Program-made: the position numbers and the translations under genes
In this document: one piece after another, positions 18,791 through 30,323 of the stretch
Numbering within the stretch: the stretch's first letter is position 1
How the letters are laid out: every line of letters starts with the position of its first letter
Source of the DNA: Eledone cirrhosa
Lineage: Eukaryota
Direction: 5' to 3'
Assembly (NCBI GenBank): GCA_964016885.1
Contig: CAXHJY010001362.1
Location: forward strand, 1 to 62,818
Length of the DNA stretch: 62,818 nucleotides
Notes under the pieces: model-generated
Told to the model about the DNA's origin: nothing
Database searches by the model: none
What the model saw: only the letters and a program-made list of their open reading frames with translations

Positions 18791-20067
18791 ATATATATAT
18801 ATAAAAGTGAAATTGTCTGTGTGTGTCCCCCCTCATTTTTGCAAAGTCTATACAAATCTACATTTCTACTCCGATTGACTTCAAACTTGCATTTATATAT
18901 TCCTTGCGGTCTAAAGATATTAACTGCAGCTTTTATTTTTCAATTTTTTGTTGTTAAAGGGATGTTAGGCGCCGGTTATCGATCTCCATCGCGCCCTTAA
19001 AATATTTGTCTGGCTGTCTGCATTACAGCATTATGACAAACATGACAAACATTGATGACGTATTATCTTTGTAATTTTCCATTTATTGCCAGGGAAAGTC
19101 TTCACGAACCAAAGTATCGTCTTCCTGTTTTCCTTCGGTTGCAACGTTTTTCGAAATATTTACTTCTGCGTTCACAGATTGATTTTTTTAGTTTCAGAAG
19201 ATCCTGTTAAGGGTGAATGCAGTGATTCTTTGCTTAAACTTTAATCTGTTATTTTAATATATAATATAAGCGAGGCAAGCCAGCCCAGGTTAACAATTAC
19301 ACTTAGGAATACCTTTCCAATGTACATAGATAGAAATAATGGATCTTTTTAGAAAGCCCCCGCCAAAATATATCCTCACACCTATGTTAAAAATCACATA
19401 CGCTGGCGTTAAGCGGTAATTTATATCTATCTTGGTACATAAGCGAGGAAAGCCAGCCAGGTTACCAATTACAGTTGAGATTACCATTCCGACAATCAGA
19501 TTATTTTTCAACCGCTAAGTGTCATTTATTAATTTTTTGATAACATATCCTGAGATATTTCCACTAACCCCAGTAGACAGAAATAGTGGATCTTTTTAGA
19601 AACCCCCCGCCAAAATATCCCCACACCTATGATAATATCACCTACGCAGACATTAAGCGGAAAAGTTTTTATTTTCTTTACCAATTACCAACTAGGAATA
19701 GAGGGATAGAGAAAAAGAGTAACTTAGTGGAAAAAGTGCGAATGAACTTTTGAGGTAAGTAGCCTACGCCCTACTGCTACGACACTGGAACCTAACCTGC
19801 CAACTTAACCTGTGACTTTCTCTTTCACATTTACTCCAATAGGCCAAAACAGAGTGGAAACGCTGGTAGGACAACTGATACAGAAGGAGTATCAAAAGGG
19901 GCTCAACAATATTTCTATGAACAATGCACGTAGACAGCTAAACTGTACTTTCAACTTCTTATTTTTCTCCGAATAAAACAAGTTTCCTGTTGGTATATTT
20001 TATAATAAACGTTTGAAGGTGCTATTACCAATGTTCTTACCCAAGCAACGCCGGGATACACTGCTAG
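18788..20067 (+). mobile_element. Non-autonomous Helitron
   Basis: 5' TC(C)ATATATAT-AAAAG..TTGTCTGTGTGT; 3' CCCAAGCAACGCCGGG hairpin then CTAG|T; shares a ~120-bp internal segment with 20379-21775. Confidence 0.72.
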
Positions 20068-20083
20068 TATTATATATATATAT

Positions 20084-20378
20084 ATGCTTTAATTCCTTCA
20101 AATCTTCATCAACACTCATTAACACCACACCCCACACCCCAGACACATCCAAATCTCTCTTATATATAGTCATACATCACAACACAACCTGATCTCAGTT
20201 TAACAATCGCCACCAATGCATGTGAGAAAGTTCTCCAACAAAGTTAACCAGGAATCTTTAAAAATCTTCCCACCGAAGTTAACAAAGAATTTACTAGATC
20301 TACCAACTCATAATATTATATTATAAAATTAAATCAAATTATTTAACACTACAATTCTTTTCCTATTTTTCAAATATA
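20084..20378. repeat. Unclassified ~300-bp interspersed repeat (second copy 25683-25982)
   Basis: Both copies start GCTTTAATTCCTTCAAATC and end TTTCAAATATA. Confidence 0.85.
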
Positions 20379-20577
20379 CTAGCAAAATGGCCTGGTGTTG
20401 CTCGGGATTCTAAACATAGATTGGCATGTTTATCCCTCCTTTCTGAAACAGTACAGAGAAGTACGCAATACCTTGGCCTGGGGATGGTGTCTACATTTTG
20501 TGCTTATTAAAAAAATTTGTCATAGATTACCAGGGCTTTAACTTAATTGGGTGCATTCGACAAACCGAACATGTATT

Positions 20578-20830
20578 TGTTGTGCTATGGTACAATGAAA
20601 GCAATAGTTACAGAGCAGTAAGTATGTGGGACTGCAGTGGTGGAGGGTGGTGTTGTCTTACTGTTGTGCTATGGTACAATGAAAGCAATAGTTACAGAGC
20701 AGTAAGTATGTGGGACTGCAGAGGTGGAGAGTGGTGTGGTCTTACTGTTATGCTATGGTACAATGAAAGCAATAGTTACAGAGCAGTAAGTATGTGGGAC
20801 TGCAGAGGTGGAGAGTGGTGTCGTCTTACT
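20578..20830. repeat. 84-bp tandem repeat, 3 copies
   Basis: Unit TGTTGTGCTATGGTACAATGAAAGC...GTCTTAC; 28-aa periodicity in ORF 20498-20878. Confidence 0.92.
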
Positions 20831-21034
20831 CCTTTCAATGTTTCATTGTATGTTCACCAATTGATGCAGAAGTCCTAATGAAAAGTGAAGTCACCTTCGG
20901 TGAATAGGCAAATCATTTTCCATTACGATTTTTCAAAAGCATGTAATTGCGTTCCCCCTCTTTTTTGTTGTTTTTGCTGCTGATTATATTTTGTTATTGT
21001 GTATGCAAAAATATCTGTACACAAATATATAATT

Positions 21035-21349
21035 ATCATCATCATCATCATCAACGTTTAACGTCTGTGTTCCACGCTTGCATGGGTTTGGACGGGGGTA
21101 GTCCCACTTGAGGCAAGAGTGATTGTCTTGCTCGCATAGGACTGTCTGGCAGGTTTTCTACAGTTGGATGCCCTTCCTAACACCAACCACATTTACAGTG
21201 TGGGTCTGGGAGGTTTTTACCGTGTTGCCTACACGGCCACATTACAGCGTGGACTGTGTGTTTTTTTGACGTGACACCTACACGATCTCATTTGTTTCGG
21301 CCTGGATGGCGCGGCACCAACATAACTTTACATAGAACGGGGTGGTGTG

Positions 21350-21352
<3 letters not shown>
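21035..21352 (-). mobile_element. RTE family A 3' UTR-only insertion
   Basis: Near-identical to 8049-8370. Confidence 0.9.
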
Positions 21353-21393
<41 letters not shown>

Positions 21394-21774
21394 TAACAGA
21401 TTAAAGTTTAAGCGAAGAATTGCTGCTTTCAACCTTAACGGGGTCTTCTGAAACTAAAAAACTCAATCTGTGAACGCAGAAGTAAATATTTCAAAAAACG
21501 TTACACACTATATATATATATATATACACACAATATATATACATATATACACACACACACAGATAGCGTCATAATGTCATAATCCAGACAGCCAGATATA
21601 CAGACAGTTATTATAAGGGCATGACATTCAGCACATAATGCAGTCCCTAGGGCATTGCAAATTTGAAATTTGTAAATGTTTAAAATATGTAAAGTTTGAA
21701 AACAATCGGTTGGGTGGTTCTCAAGTGTTAGGGAGTCAGACAGACAGACAGACAATCTCTGTTTAGATATATAG

Positions 21775-21818
<44 letters not shown>

Positions 21819-22155
21819 ATATAGTTATGTAATAAACAACATAGGATAATTATTTCATTTACCAGTGGTTTCTTGAAGACAGATGTTTATATATATATAT
21901 GGAAAAAATGAAATTTCATTTCTCACTCTTAGTACGGCTGATACTTAAATATAAGTATGTATACGTACATACATATATGTATACAGCCGTACACTAGTAT
22001 GTATATACATACATGCACACATATATATATGTACGTATGGGTTTACCGAACATTTATTATAATGCTCGGTTTGTTTGTAAACAAACAGCCCGAATTAAGC
22101 CATACAGTGTTTGGCAAACATTGTTGCCCTTTTGTTCAACATTGACAAAGGAACG

Positions 22156-22192
22156 ATGAACTAGTTTCTAGCTTATTAGCTGTCATCAGCAC
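22156..22192 (-). ncRNA. Minimal type I hammerhead ribozyme
   Basis: Reverse complement GTG-CTGATGA-C-AGCT AATA AGCT-A-GAAA-CTAG-TT-CAT; palindromic ACTAGT stem III; short stem I. Confidence 0.72.
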
Positions 22193-22323
22193 TATATACC
22201 TTCCTGTCAATCGATTGAACGTTTGAAAGTATATATCTTCCTTATGCATATCGAGTGAGTTAGTCTGTATACATATATGTATGAACGTATACATACTTAT
22301 ATATGTATATATATTATATATAT

Positions 22324-25300
22324 ATTGGTGCCATGAATGTAGGCACCTTAAAGGGTCGCTCTAACGAGGTTGTAGAAATGCTTGAACGTAAGGAGGTCGA
22401 TGTTTGTTGTATTCAAGAGACCAGGTGGAGGGGTGGGTCTGCTAGATTCATTGTGGGTAAAAAACGATGCTATAAGCTTTTCTGGGTGGGAAATGACAAT
22501 GGGCTGGGTGGAGTAGGAATCATGGTAGCAGAAAAGTGGACAGATAAGATAATAGACGTAAATAGAGTGAACGACAGAATAATTAAAATAAGACTTGTCC
22601 TCAATAGAACTACGGTGACAGTAATATCTGCGTACGCACCCCAATCTGGACTGCCCGGCACTATAAAAGACAGATTTTATGAGACACTGATGCTCACTAC
22701 CTCCCAAATAACTGACAGTGACTATATAATTATTGCAGGCGACCTAAATGGCCACGTTGGACAACATTGTGACGGCTATGACGGAATCCATGGAGGCTAT
22801 GGGTTTGGTACTAGAAATGAGGAAGGACTCCAGAATCCTGGAATTCTGTGACGCAAATAACCTATCTGTAACACTAACTTCAAAAAACGAGACAATCACC
22901 TGATCACCTATAGATCAGGGGAACACACCAGCCAGGTAGATTATATCCTTAGCAGAAGACGTGACAGAGTGTCTGTTGTAAACACTAAATCCCTCCCCCA
23001 TGAAGAATGCACCTCCCAACATAGACTGATAATTAGCGACCTAATAGTCAGGACGAGACATACTAGACAGCAGAAGAGGACTATCCTCAGGAGAAAAATA
23101 TGGAAGCTAAAGGACCCCACAGCCAGAAATAAATTTAAAAGCATACTACTTGATGCTTTCGACAGTAAGGAAGAGCAATTAGAGTCGTGCAATATAGAAG
23201 AACAGTGGGAATTCCTGAAAGCAAACCTGCTGATGGCGGCAGACGAAGTCTGTGGCTGGAGCAGGCCTGTAGGCAGGAGGAGAGTAACATGGTGGTGGAA
23301 CAGTAAGGTGGAGGGGTCAATTAAGGCCAAAAAGCAGGCTTGGAAAGTATGGCGGGATGGGGGAAGTAGAGAAGACTATCAAGTGGCCAGGAGGGAAGCT
23401 AGAAGACAAGTGTACTTCGCAAGAAGGGAAGCAGAGGAAAGAAAGTTCAAGCATGTTCTACAACGCGAGGACCAAAAACGTGAGGTGTTCAGGATTGCTA
23501 GGCAATGTGTCAAGGAAAACCATGATATTGTCGGGGAGAAGTGTGTACTTAATGATGATGGCGTACTTGCCATCACCGACGCTGATAAGAAGGTAGCTTG
23601 GAAGTGTCACTACGAAAGGCTACTAAATGAGGAGAATAAATGGGAGAAAGACAGTCTCCCCCACATCGACCCAATAGAGGGACCAGCAGTGTTAGTCGAG
23701 GGTAGTATAATAAGTAAGGCAATCAAAGATATGAAGACGGGTAAGGCAGCTGGGCCTTTGGAAATAGTTGCTGAGATGCTGAAGGCATCTGGCACGGTGG
23801 GACACACCATGGTCACCCGGATAGTAAACCAAGTCGTACAGAATGGGGTTGTTCCGAAGGACTGGCGTAGCAGCATCATCATTAACTGTTATAAGGGTAA
23901 AGGAGATGCCCTAGATAGGAGTAACTATAGAGGCATCAGCAACTAAGTACCACAGACGCTCTTTTCATTGTACGACAACTACAGGAGAAGTACCTAGCTA
24001 AAAGTAAACCCCTATAGTTAGCTTTTGTCGACTTGGAGAAAGCCTTCGACAGAGTCCCCCGTTCCATTATCTGGTGGGCTCTTAGAAAACTAGGTGTTGA
24101 CGAATGGCTTGTGAGAGCTATACAAGCCATGTATAAAGAAACAGTCAGCAAGGTTAGAATTAACAACGAATATAGTGAAGAGTTTAGCGTAAAAGTTGGC
24201 GTCCATCAGGGCTCTGTTCTCAGTCCACTACTATTTATTATTGCCCTTCAGGCTATAACAGAGGAGTTCAAAACCGGCTGCCCATGGGAACTCCTATACG
24301 CAGATGATCTAACGCTCATAGCTGAATCAATGGCCGAGCTAGAGAAGAAATTCCAAACATGGAAGCACAGCCTAGAATCAAAAGGCCTTAAAATTAACCT
24401 GGCTAAGACTAAAGTTCTAGTTTGTAAGAAAGAAAATAAGCGGCAGGGAAGTGGCCATGCTCAGTGTGTAGGAAAGGCGTAGGTAGAAACTCCATTTTAT
24501 GTCCCAAATGCAAAGTATGGGTGCATAAAAGATGTAGTGGGATCACAGGTAAGCTAACTAAGAACTTAGATTTTACATGTGGCCGGTGCTCTGGTGCAAT
24601 AAGTAGCAGCAAGTGCCCACAAAATACTAGCTCTTTCAATTGCGCAGAGGGTTCTATAGAAATAGTGGACAGCTTCCGTTACCTGGGTGACAAAATTAGC
24701 AGTGGGGGAGGGTGCTCTGAAAGTACAGTAGCTAGAGTCAGAACTGGATGGAAAAAGTTCAGAGAGCTTATACCACTATTAGCCGCTAAAGGGTTCTCCC
24801 TAAAAATGAAAGGCAGGTTGTATGATGCCTGCATACGAACAGCAATGTTGCATGGCAGTGAGACCTGGGCATTGTGTGCAGAGGATATACGCAGACTAGA
24901 GAGGAACGAAGCTTGCATGCTCCGCTGGATGTGTAATAGTAATATACGTGAACGGCAAAGCATAAACGAACTAAGGAAAAAATTAGAAATAAGAGGGATC
25001 AGATGTTGTTTACTCGAGAGAAGGCTACATTGGTGTGGTCACGTGATGCGCATGAAAGACGACAGCTGTATAACAAAGTGCAGGGCAATAAAGATAGACG
25101 GTAGCCACGGAATAGGCAGACCCAGAAAAACCTGGGACGAGCTGATAAACTCCGACCTCACACACACCTCTCCAAGACAATGTCACTGGACCGAGATCTT
25201 TGGCGGTACTCAGTAATAAAGAAGACCCGCCTTACAAAGTAAAACCTACTACCCGCCTTACAAAGTAAAACCTACTACAGTCAGTAGGCATCTCTAACAA

Positions 25301-25643
25301 AATACACCCCCGTCCCACCTCCCCCAGCCCATCCACACCGCCCCTTTCAATGTAAAGTTATGTTGGTGCCACAACATCCAAGCCGAAACAAATGAGATCG
25401 TGTAGATGTCACGACAAAAAAACACACAGTCCACGCTGTAATGTGGCCGTGTAGGCAACACGGTAAAAACCTCCCAGCCCCACACTGTAAATGTGGTTGG
25501 TGTTAGGAAGGGCATCCAGCTGTAGAAAACCCGCGAGACAGTCCTATGCGAGCAAGACAACCACTCTTGCCTCAAGTGGGAAAACTCCCGTCCAAACCCA
25601 TGCAAGCGTGGAACATGGACGTTAAATGATGATGATGATGATG
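22324..25643 (+). mobile_element. RTE family A, near full-length ORF region, pseudogenised
   Basis: APE motifs IGAMNVGTL, CIQETRW, ISAYAPQ, AGDLNGHVG; RT with deletions near 23938, frameshifts and a stop; 3' UTR and (GAT)n tail. Confidence 0.93.
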
Positions 25644-25996
25644 ATATATTATATATATATTATAAATATATATATATATATATGCTTTAATTCCTTCAAA
25701 TCTTCATCAACACTCATTAACACCACACCCCACACCCCAGACACATCAAAATCTCTCATATATAGTCACACATCACAACACAACCTGATCTCAGTTTGAC
25801 AATCGCCACCGATGAATGCGAGAAAATTCTCCAACAAAGCTAACCAGGAATCGTTAAAATTCTACCCACCGAAGTTAACAAAGAACTTACTGGATCTACC
25901 AACTCATAATATTATATTATAAAATTAAATCAAATTATTTAACACTACAATTGAAGTCATTCTTTTCCTTTTTTTCAAATATATTATATATATATG

Positions 25997-26202
25997 TCGG
26001 GGGACAGTGACGTAGGCCTGTAGCCGGTTCCGAGGCCGCCTTGAGGCTGTCATCAAAGCCAATGGCGGGTTTATCGAGTGAGATCGAAAGAACAAGTCAT
26101 GAAGACAAACTGACCCAAGTTTGATAAATATATCTTAAAAAATAAAACTACTGTGTTATTTTTTCCTAGACAGTAATCTTGCGAACAAATATCGTCCGGA
26201 CC

Positions 26203-26205
<3 letters not shown>
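25997..26205 (+). mobile_element. Tc1/mariner-superfamily 3' fragment
   Basis: Translates ACSRFRGRLEAVIKANGGFIE* (transposase C-terminus); ends CCCTG|TA. Confidence 0.72.
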
Positions 26206-26254
<49 letters not shown>

Positions 26255-26269
26255 GTACACAATATATAT

Positions 26270-27312
26270 ATGGGTACACAAGAGATGTAGCAGGATCTCA
26301 GGAAGCTTAATTAAGAATGTAGGATTCACATGCAGCAGCTGTGCTGAAACAGCAAGCAAACAGCCACAGGAAACAAGTACCACCAATCTCTGGGAGGGCC
26401 CTGTAGAAACAGTAGACAGCTTCTGCTACCTAGGTGACCGAATTAGCAACGGAGGTGGGTGCTCAGAAAGTACAATAACTAGGGTAAGAACGGGATGGAA
26501 GAAGTTTAGGGAACTACTACCACTGCTAGCTGCAAAAGGCTTCTCCCTCAGAATGAAAGGCAGACTGTATGATGCGTGTATCCGAACAGCGATGTTGCAT
26601 GGTAGTGAGACCTGGGCGCTGAAGGTGGAAGACTTACGTAGATTAGAGAGAAACGAAGCCTGCATGCTCCGATGGATGTGTAACAGTAATATACGTGAAC
26701 GACAAAGCATAAATGAATTGAGAGAGAGACTGAGCATAAGAGGAATCAAATGCTGCGTGCAGGAGAGGCGGTTACGCTGGTATGGACATGTGATGCGTAT
26801 GAAGGATGACAGCTGCATAAAAAGGTGCAGAGCACTAGAAGTTGATGGAAACCGCGGAGTGGGGAGACCCAAGATGACTTGGGATGAGGTGATAAAAGCC
26901 GACCTTACCCAACTACACCTCTCAAAGTCAATGACACACGACCGTGACTTCTGGCGTCACGCAGTAATACAGGGTACCCGACCTCCCATGGGTACATGCT
27001 GAAGCATATAAACAATATGCCCCCCCCCCCCCCCCCCCCACCGCAAGGTGGTCGTGGAGGTGCCACGGCAAAAAAGCACCCAGCCCACACTGTAAAGTGG
27101 ACGTGTAGGCGCCACGAAAAAGCACCCAGCACTCACTGTAAATGAGGTTGGTGTTAGGAAGGGCATCCAGCTGTAGAAATCAAGCCAGATCAGTTCCTGT
27201 ATGAGCAAGGCATGGTCAGCCGACCAGACACTGCCCACAACAGGACAACCCGTCTAACCCATGCTAGCGTGGAAGAACGGACGTAAAACGGTGATGATGA
27301 TGATGATGATGA
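26270..27312 (+). mobile_element. RTE family B 3' fragment
   Basis: WVHKRC.., [17 protein letters not shown]; distinct 3' UTR; (GAT)n tail. Confidence 0.88.
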
Positions 27313-27457
27313 TATATATATAATATAAGCAAAAGGGATATTCAGTTTGTTGGTAATTCAACAAATATAAATGTTTATAACTGATTCAGAGCACTCAACA
27401 GTTTTCTGGAGTATAATATTCAATGATAAATGGAAACTATATTTATAAAACCATATT

Positions 27458-27518
27458 TATTCTATTATATATATTTCAAGGGTACCAAAACTTTGGTACA
27501 CTTTCATCAGATAAAATA
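27458..27518 (-). ncRNA. Type I hammerhead ribozyme (left arm of palindrome)
   Basis: Mirror copy of 27614-27674. Confidence 0.78.
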
Positions 27519-27613
27519 CAAAGTTTGTTTTATAAATATTGACATAACAAAGAAAAGATACCTTAGCGGTTCAAGTTTTCTTGGTTATATCAATATTTAT
27601 AAAACAAACTTTG

Positions 27614-27674
27614 TATTTTATCTGATGAAAGCGTACCAAAGTTTTGGTACCCTTGAAATATATATAATAGAATA
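27614..27674 (+). ncRNA. Type I hammerhead ribozyme (right arm of palindrome)
   Basis: TATTTTAT-CTGATGA-AAGCGTACCAAA G TTTTGGTACCCTT-GAAA-TATATA-TA-ATAGAATA; 8-bp stem I; predicted cut after 27666. Confidence 0.8.
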
Positions 27675-27792
27675 AATATGGTTTTATAAATATAGTTTCC
27701 ATTTATTTAATATCATTGAATATATATAGGAAAATGTTCAAAACCCCAACGACAGAGCTCAAGCCGTTTCGACAGCTATTTCTGGACTAAAT

Positions 27793-29830
27793 ATAGTTTG
27801 CCTGCTATCCCACTACATCTCTTGTGTACCCAAGATCTGCATTGTGTGCATTTTATAGAATTTATGCCAGTTCCTTTCCTACATATCGAACATGGCCATT
27901 TCCCTGACAGAATCAGAGCTTTGTCCTCTCTTCTACTTATCAACACTTTTATCTTAGCTAGGTTCACTCTCAGTCCTCTTGATTCCAACTGCTGTTTCCA
28001 TAGCTAGAATTTATTCTTTAGCTCCTCTACTGATCATCAACATAGAGAATTTCCCAGGGGCAGCCAATCTTAAATTCCTCTGTTATGGCTTGGAGGACTA
28101 TAATGAACAAGAGCGGGCTGAGGACCGAACCCTGATGTACTCCTACTTGTATCTGGAATTCCTCACTAAACTCCATTCCTACCCTGACTTTACTGACAGT
28201 ACCTCTGTACAAAGTTTGCACTGTCCTCACAAGCCATTCCTCAACACCTAGTTTCCTTAGGGACCACCAGATGACAGATCGGGGTACCCTATCAAAGGCC
28301 TTCTCTAGTGGCTTATTCTTCTCTAAGAACCTCTCTTATAATTGTCTCACCAAGAAGAGGGCATCTGTTGTACTTTTCCCAGGCACAAAACCAAACTGCA
28401 TCTCATCTAGTTTGACCCTTTCTCTAATCAGATGCACTAATATCCTTTCTGCCACTTTCATAAGCTGATCCATCAGTTTTATACCCCTATAATTGTTCCT
28501 CTCCAGAGCATCCCCTTTACCTTTGTAGCAATTTATGAGAATACTGCTGCACCAGTCTTTGGGTATGACACCACCATATATAGCTTGATTGATGATGCGT
28601 GCAACAAGTTTAGTGCCTACGTCCCCTGATGTCTTCAGCATCTCAGCAACTATCCTTGACGGTCCAGCGGCCTTACCATTTTTCATTTCCTTAATTGCTT
28701 CTTGGACCCTATATTCATCAATCTCAATAGCTGGTCCCTCTGTCGGATCTACTGAGGGAAATTTCTCTCTCTCCCATTCGTTCTCCACATTCATCAGTCT
28801 CTCATAATGACATTTCCAGGCCTCCTTTTTCTGATCATTCGTGACACTAAGTACACCGGCATCATCCCGGACACATTTATCTCCAACAACATTCTGATTT
28901 CCATTGACACACTGCCTTGCAATGTGGCACACCGCACATCTCTGATCTTCCTGTCACAGAACATTGGCAAACCTCCTACTCTCAGCCTCCCTGTGTGCTA
29001 AGTACACCTGACGTCTAGCTTCTCTCTTAGCAGCCGTATATCCTTCCCTACTCCCACCCTTTATCCAAGCCTTCCATGCCAGTCTTTTGTCTCTAATGAC
29101 CCTATCTACCATGCTGTTCCAGCACCAGGTCACTCTCTGATTGAAGCTCTGCCCCAACCACAAGTTTCTTCAGTAGCCTGCAATAAGTTGTCATATAAGA
29201 AATTCCAGTTATCATCTATGTCATACAACTCTAAATCGTCTTCTTTTTCGTCATACACATCTTGAAGGGCTAAATTTATATTTTAATGAAAGGTCTTTGA
29301 GCTTCCAGACCTTTCTTTTCCATACCTTCCTGTATGTCTCATTCTTTCTGATGCTTACTGAGATGTCACTAACGACTAACCTATGCTGTGGGGGTACATT
29401 CTTCCCCAAGGTATGCCTTAGTATTTGACACCATCTGTCTGTCTCGCTGTCTAACTGGCAGGAAGTCAATCTGGCTTATGTGCTTGCCTGATTTGTAGGC
29501 TATTAGGTGGTTGGTAGGTTCCTGGAAGTTAGTGTTGCAAATGGTTAGTGCACTTGCATCACAAAATTCAAGAAGCCTCACTCCTTCTTCATTTCTTGAG
29601 CCATAGCCGTGCCCACCATGTACCCCTGTGTATCCATCCTGGAGCTGTCCAACATGTCCATTGAAGTCCCCTTCTAGCATAACGATGTCTCTGTCCTCTG
29701 TCATTGAGGCTGTTTGTAAAAGTTGTTCGTAAAAGCAGACTTTCTCTTCTTTACCTAGGCCTGCCTGGGGAGCATAGGCAGAGATGATCGTCAGTAGTCT
29801 CCTGCCTACAACTAATCTAAGCTTAATTAT
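27793..29830 (-). mobile_element. RTE family C, decayed internal fragment (APE to zinc finger)
   Basis: [45 protein letters not shown] in broken frames. Confidence 0.9.
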
Positions 29831-29847
29831 ATATATTATATATATAT

Positions 29848-29879
<32 letters not shown>

Positions 29880-29993
29880 TATATATATATATATATATAT
29901 TATATATATGTTCCGTAGGAAAGGTAAAGGAAAAGAGAGTGCTTTATGTAGGCTACAGAACTTTTTAGTTATGTAATAAACAACGTAAGATAA

Positions 29994-30062
29994 TTATTTC
30001 ATTTACCAGTGGTTTCTTGAAGACAGATGTTTATATCTATCTTCTGTCGTCAGAAAGAATAA
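29994..30062 (-). ncRNA. Type I hammerhead ribozyme bracketed by 56-bp inverted repeats (29911-29966 / 30142-30197)
   Basis: Reverse complement TTATTCTTT-CTGACGA-CA-GAAGATAGAT ATAAAC ATCTGTCTTC-AA-GAAA-CCACTGG-TA-AATGAAATAA. Confidence 0.78.
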
Positions 30063-30323
30063 CATGGAATGTTTATTAAATATGGATTTGAAAACAAAAT
30101 TTAGGATATATGAAAGTGAGGCTGAAATCAAATAACGGGCAAAAAAGCTCTGTAGCCTACATAGAACACTCTCCTTTCCTTTACCTTTTCTACGGAAATA
30201 CTTCATTTAAACAGCTCCCATCGGGAATGGTCGAAGCATATTCTATATTACATATATGATTGGCACCTTCCAGCCCGATAAGTTGAGCACTCTACTGTTT
30301 CAGGAAATTAACCAACATACACC

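Larger units (their letters stand above)
20379..21775 (-). mobile_element. Non-autonomous Helitron containing an 84-bp tandem repeat and a nested RTE tail
   Basis: Minus strand A|TCTATATATC...CCCGAGCAACACCAGG..CTAG|T; paralogous empty site at ~25976-25992. Confidence 0.85.
27416..27723. repeat. Long imperfect palindrome (arms ~141 and ~148 bp, 19-nt spacer), probable inverted PLE pLTR
   Basis: 27416-27556 is the reverse complement of 27576-27723 with a few mismatches and one indel. Confidence 0.9.

Noticed and set aside
20498-20878. 126-aa ORF with 28-aa repeats
   Set aside because: By-product of the 84-bp tandem repeat inside a Helitron
25225-25276. 26-bp tandem duplication at the RTE ORF end
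   Set aside because: Copy-specific local duplication with no sign of function
27745-27790. GTCGAAACGGC half-hammerhead on the minus strand
   Set aside because: The 5' core is missing, apparently cut off by the adjacent RTE
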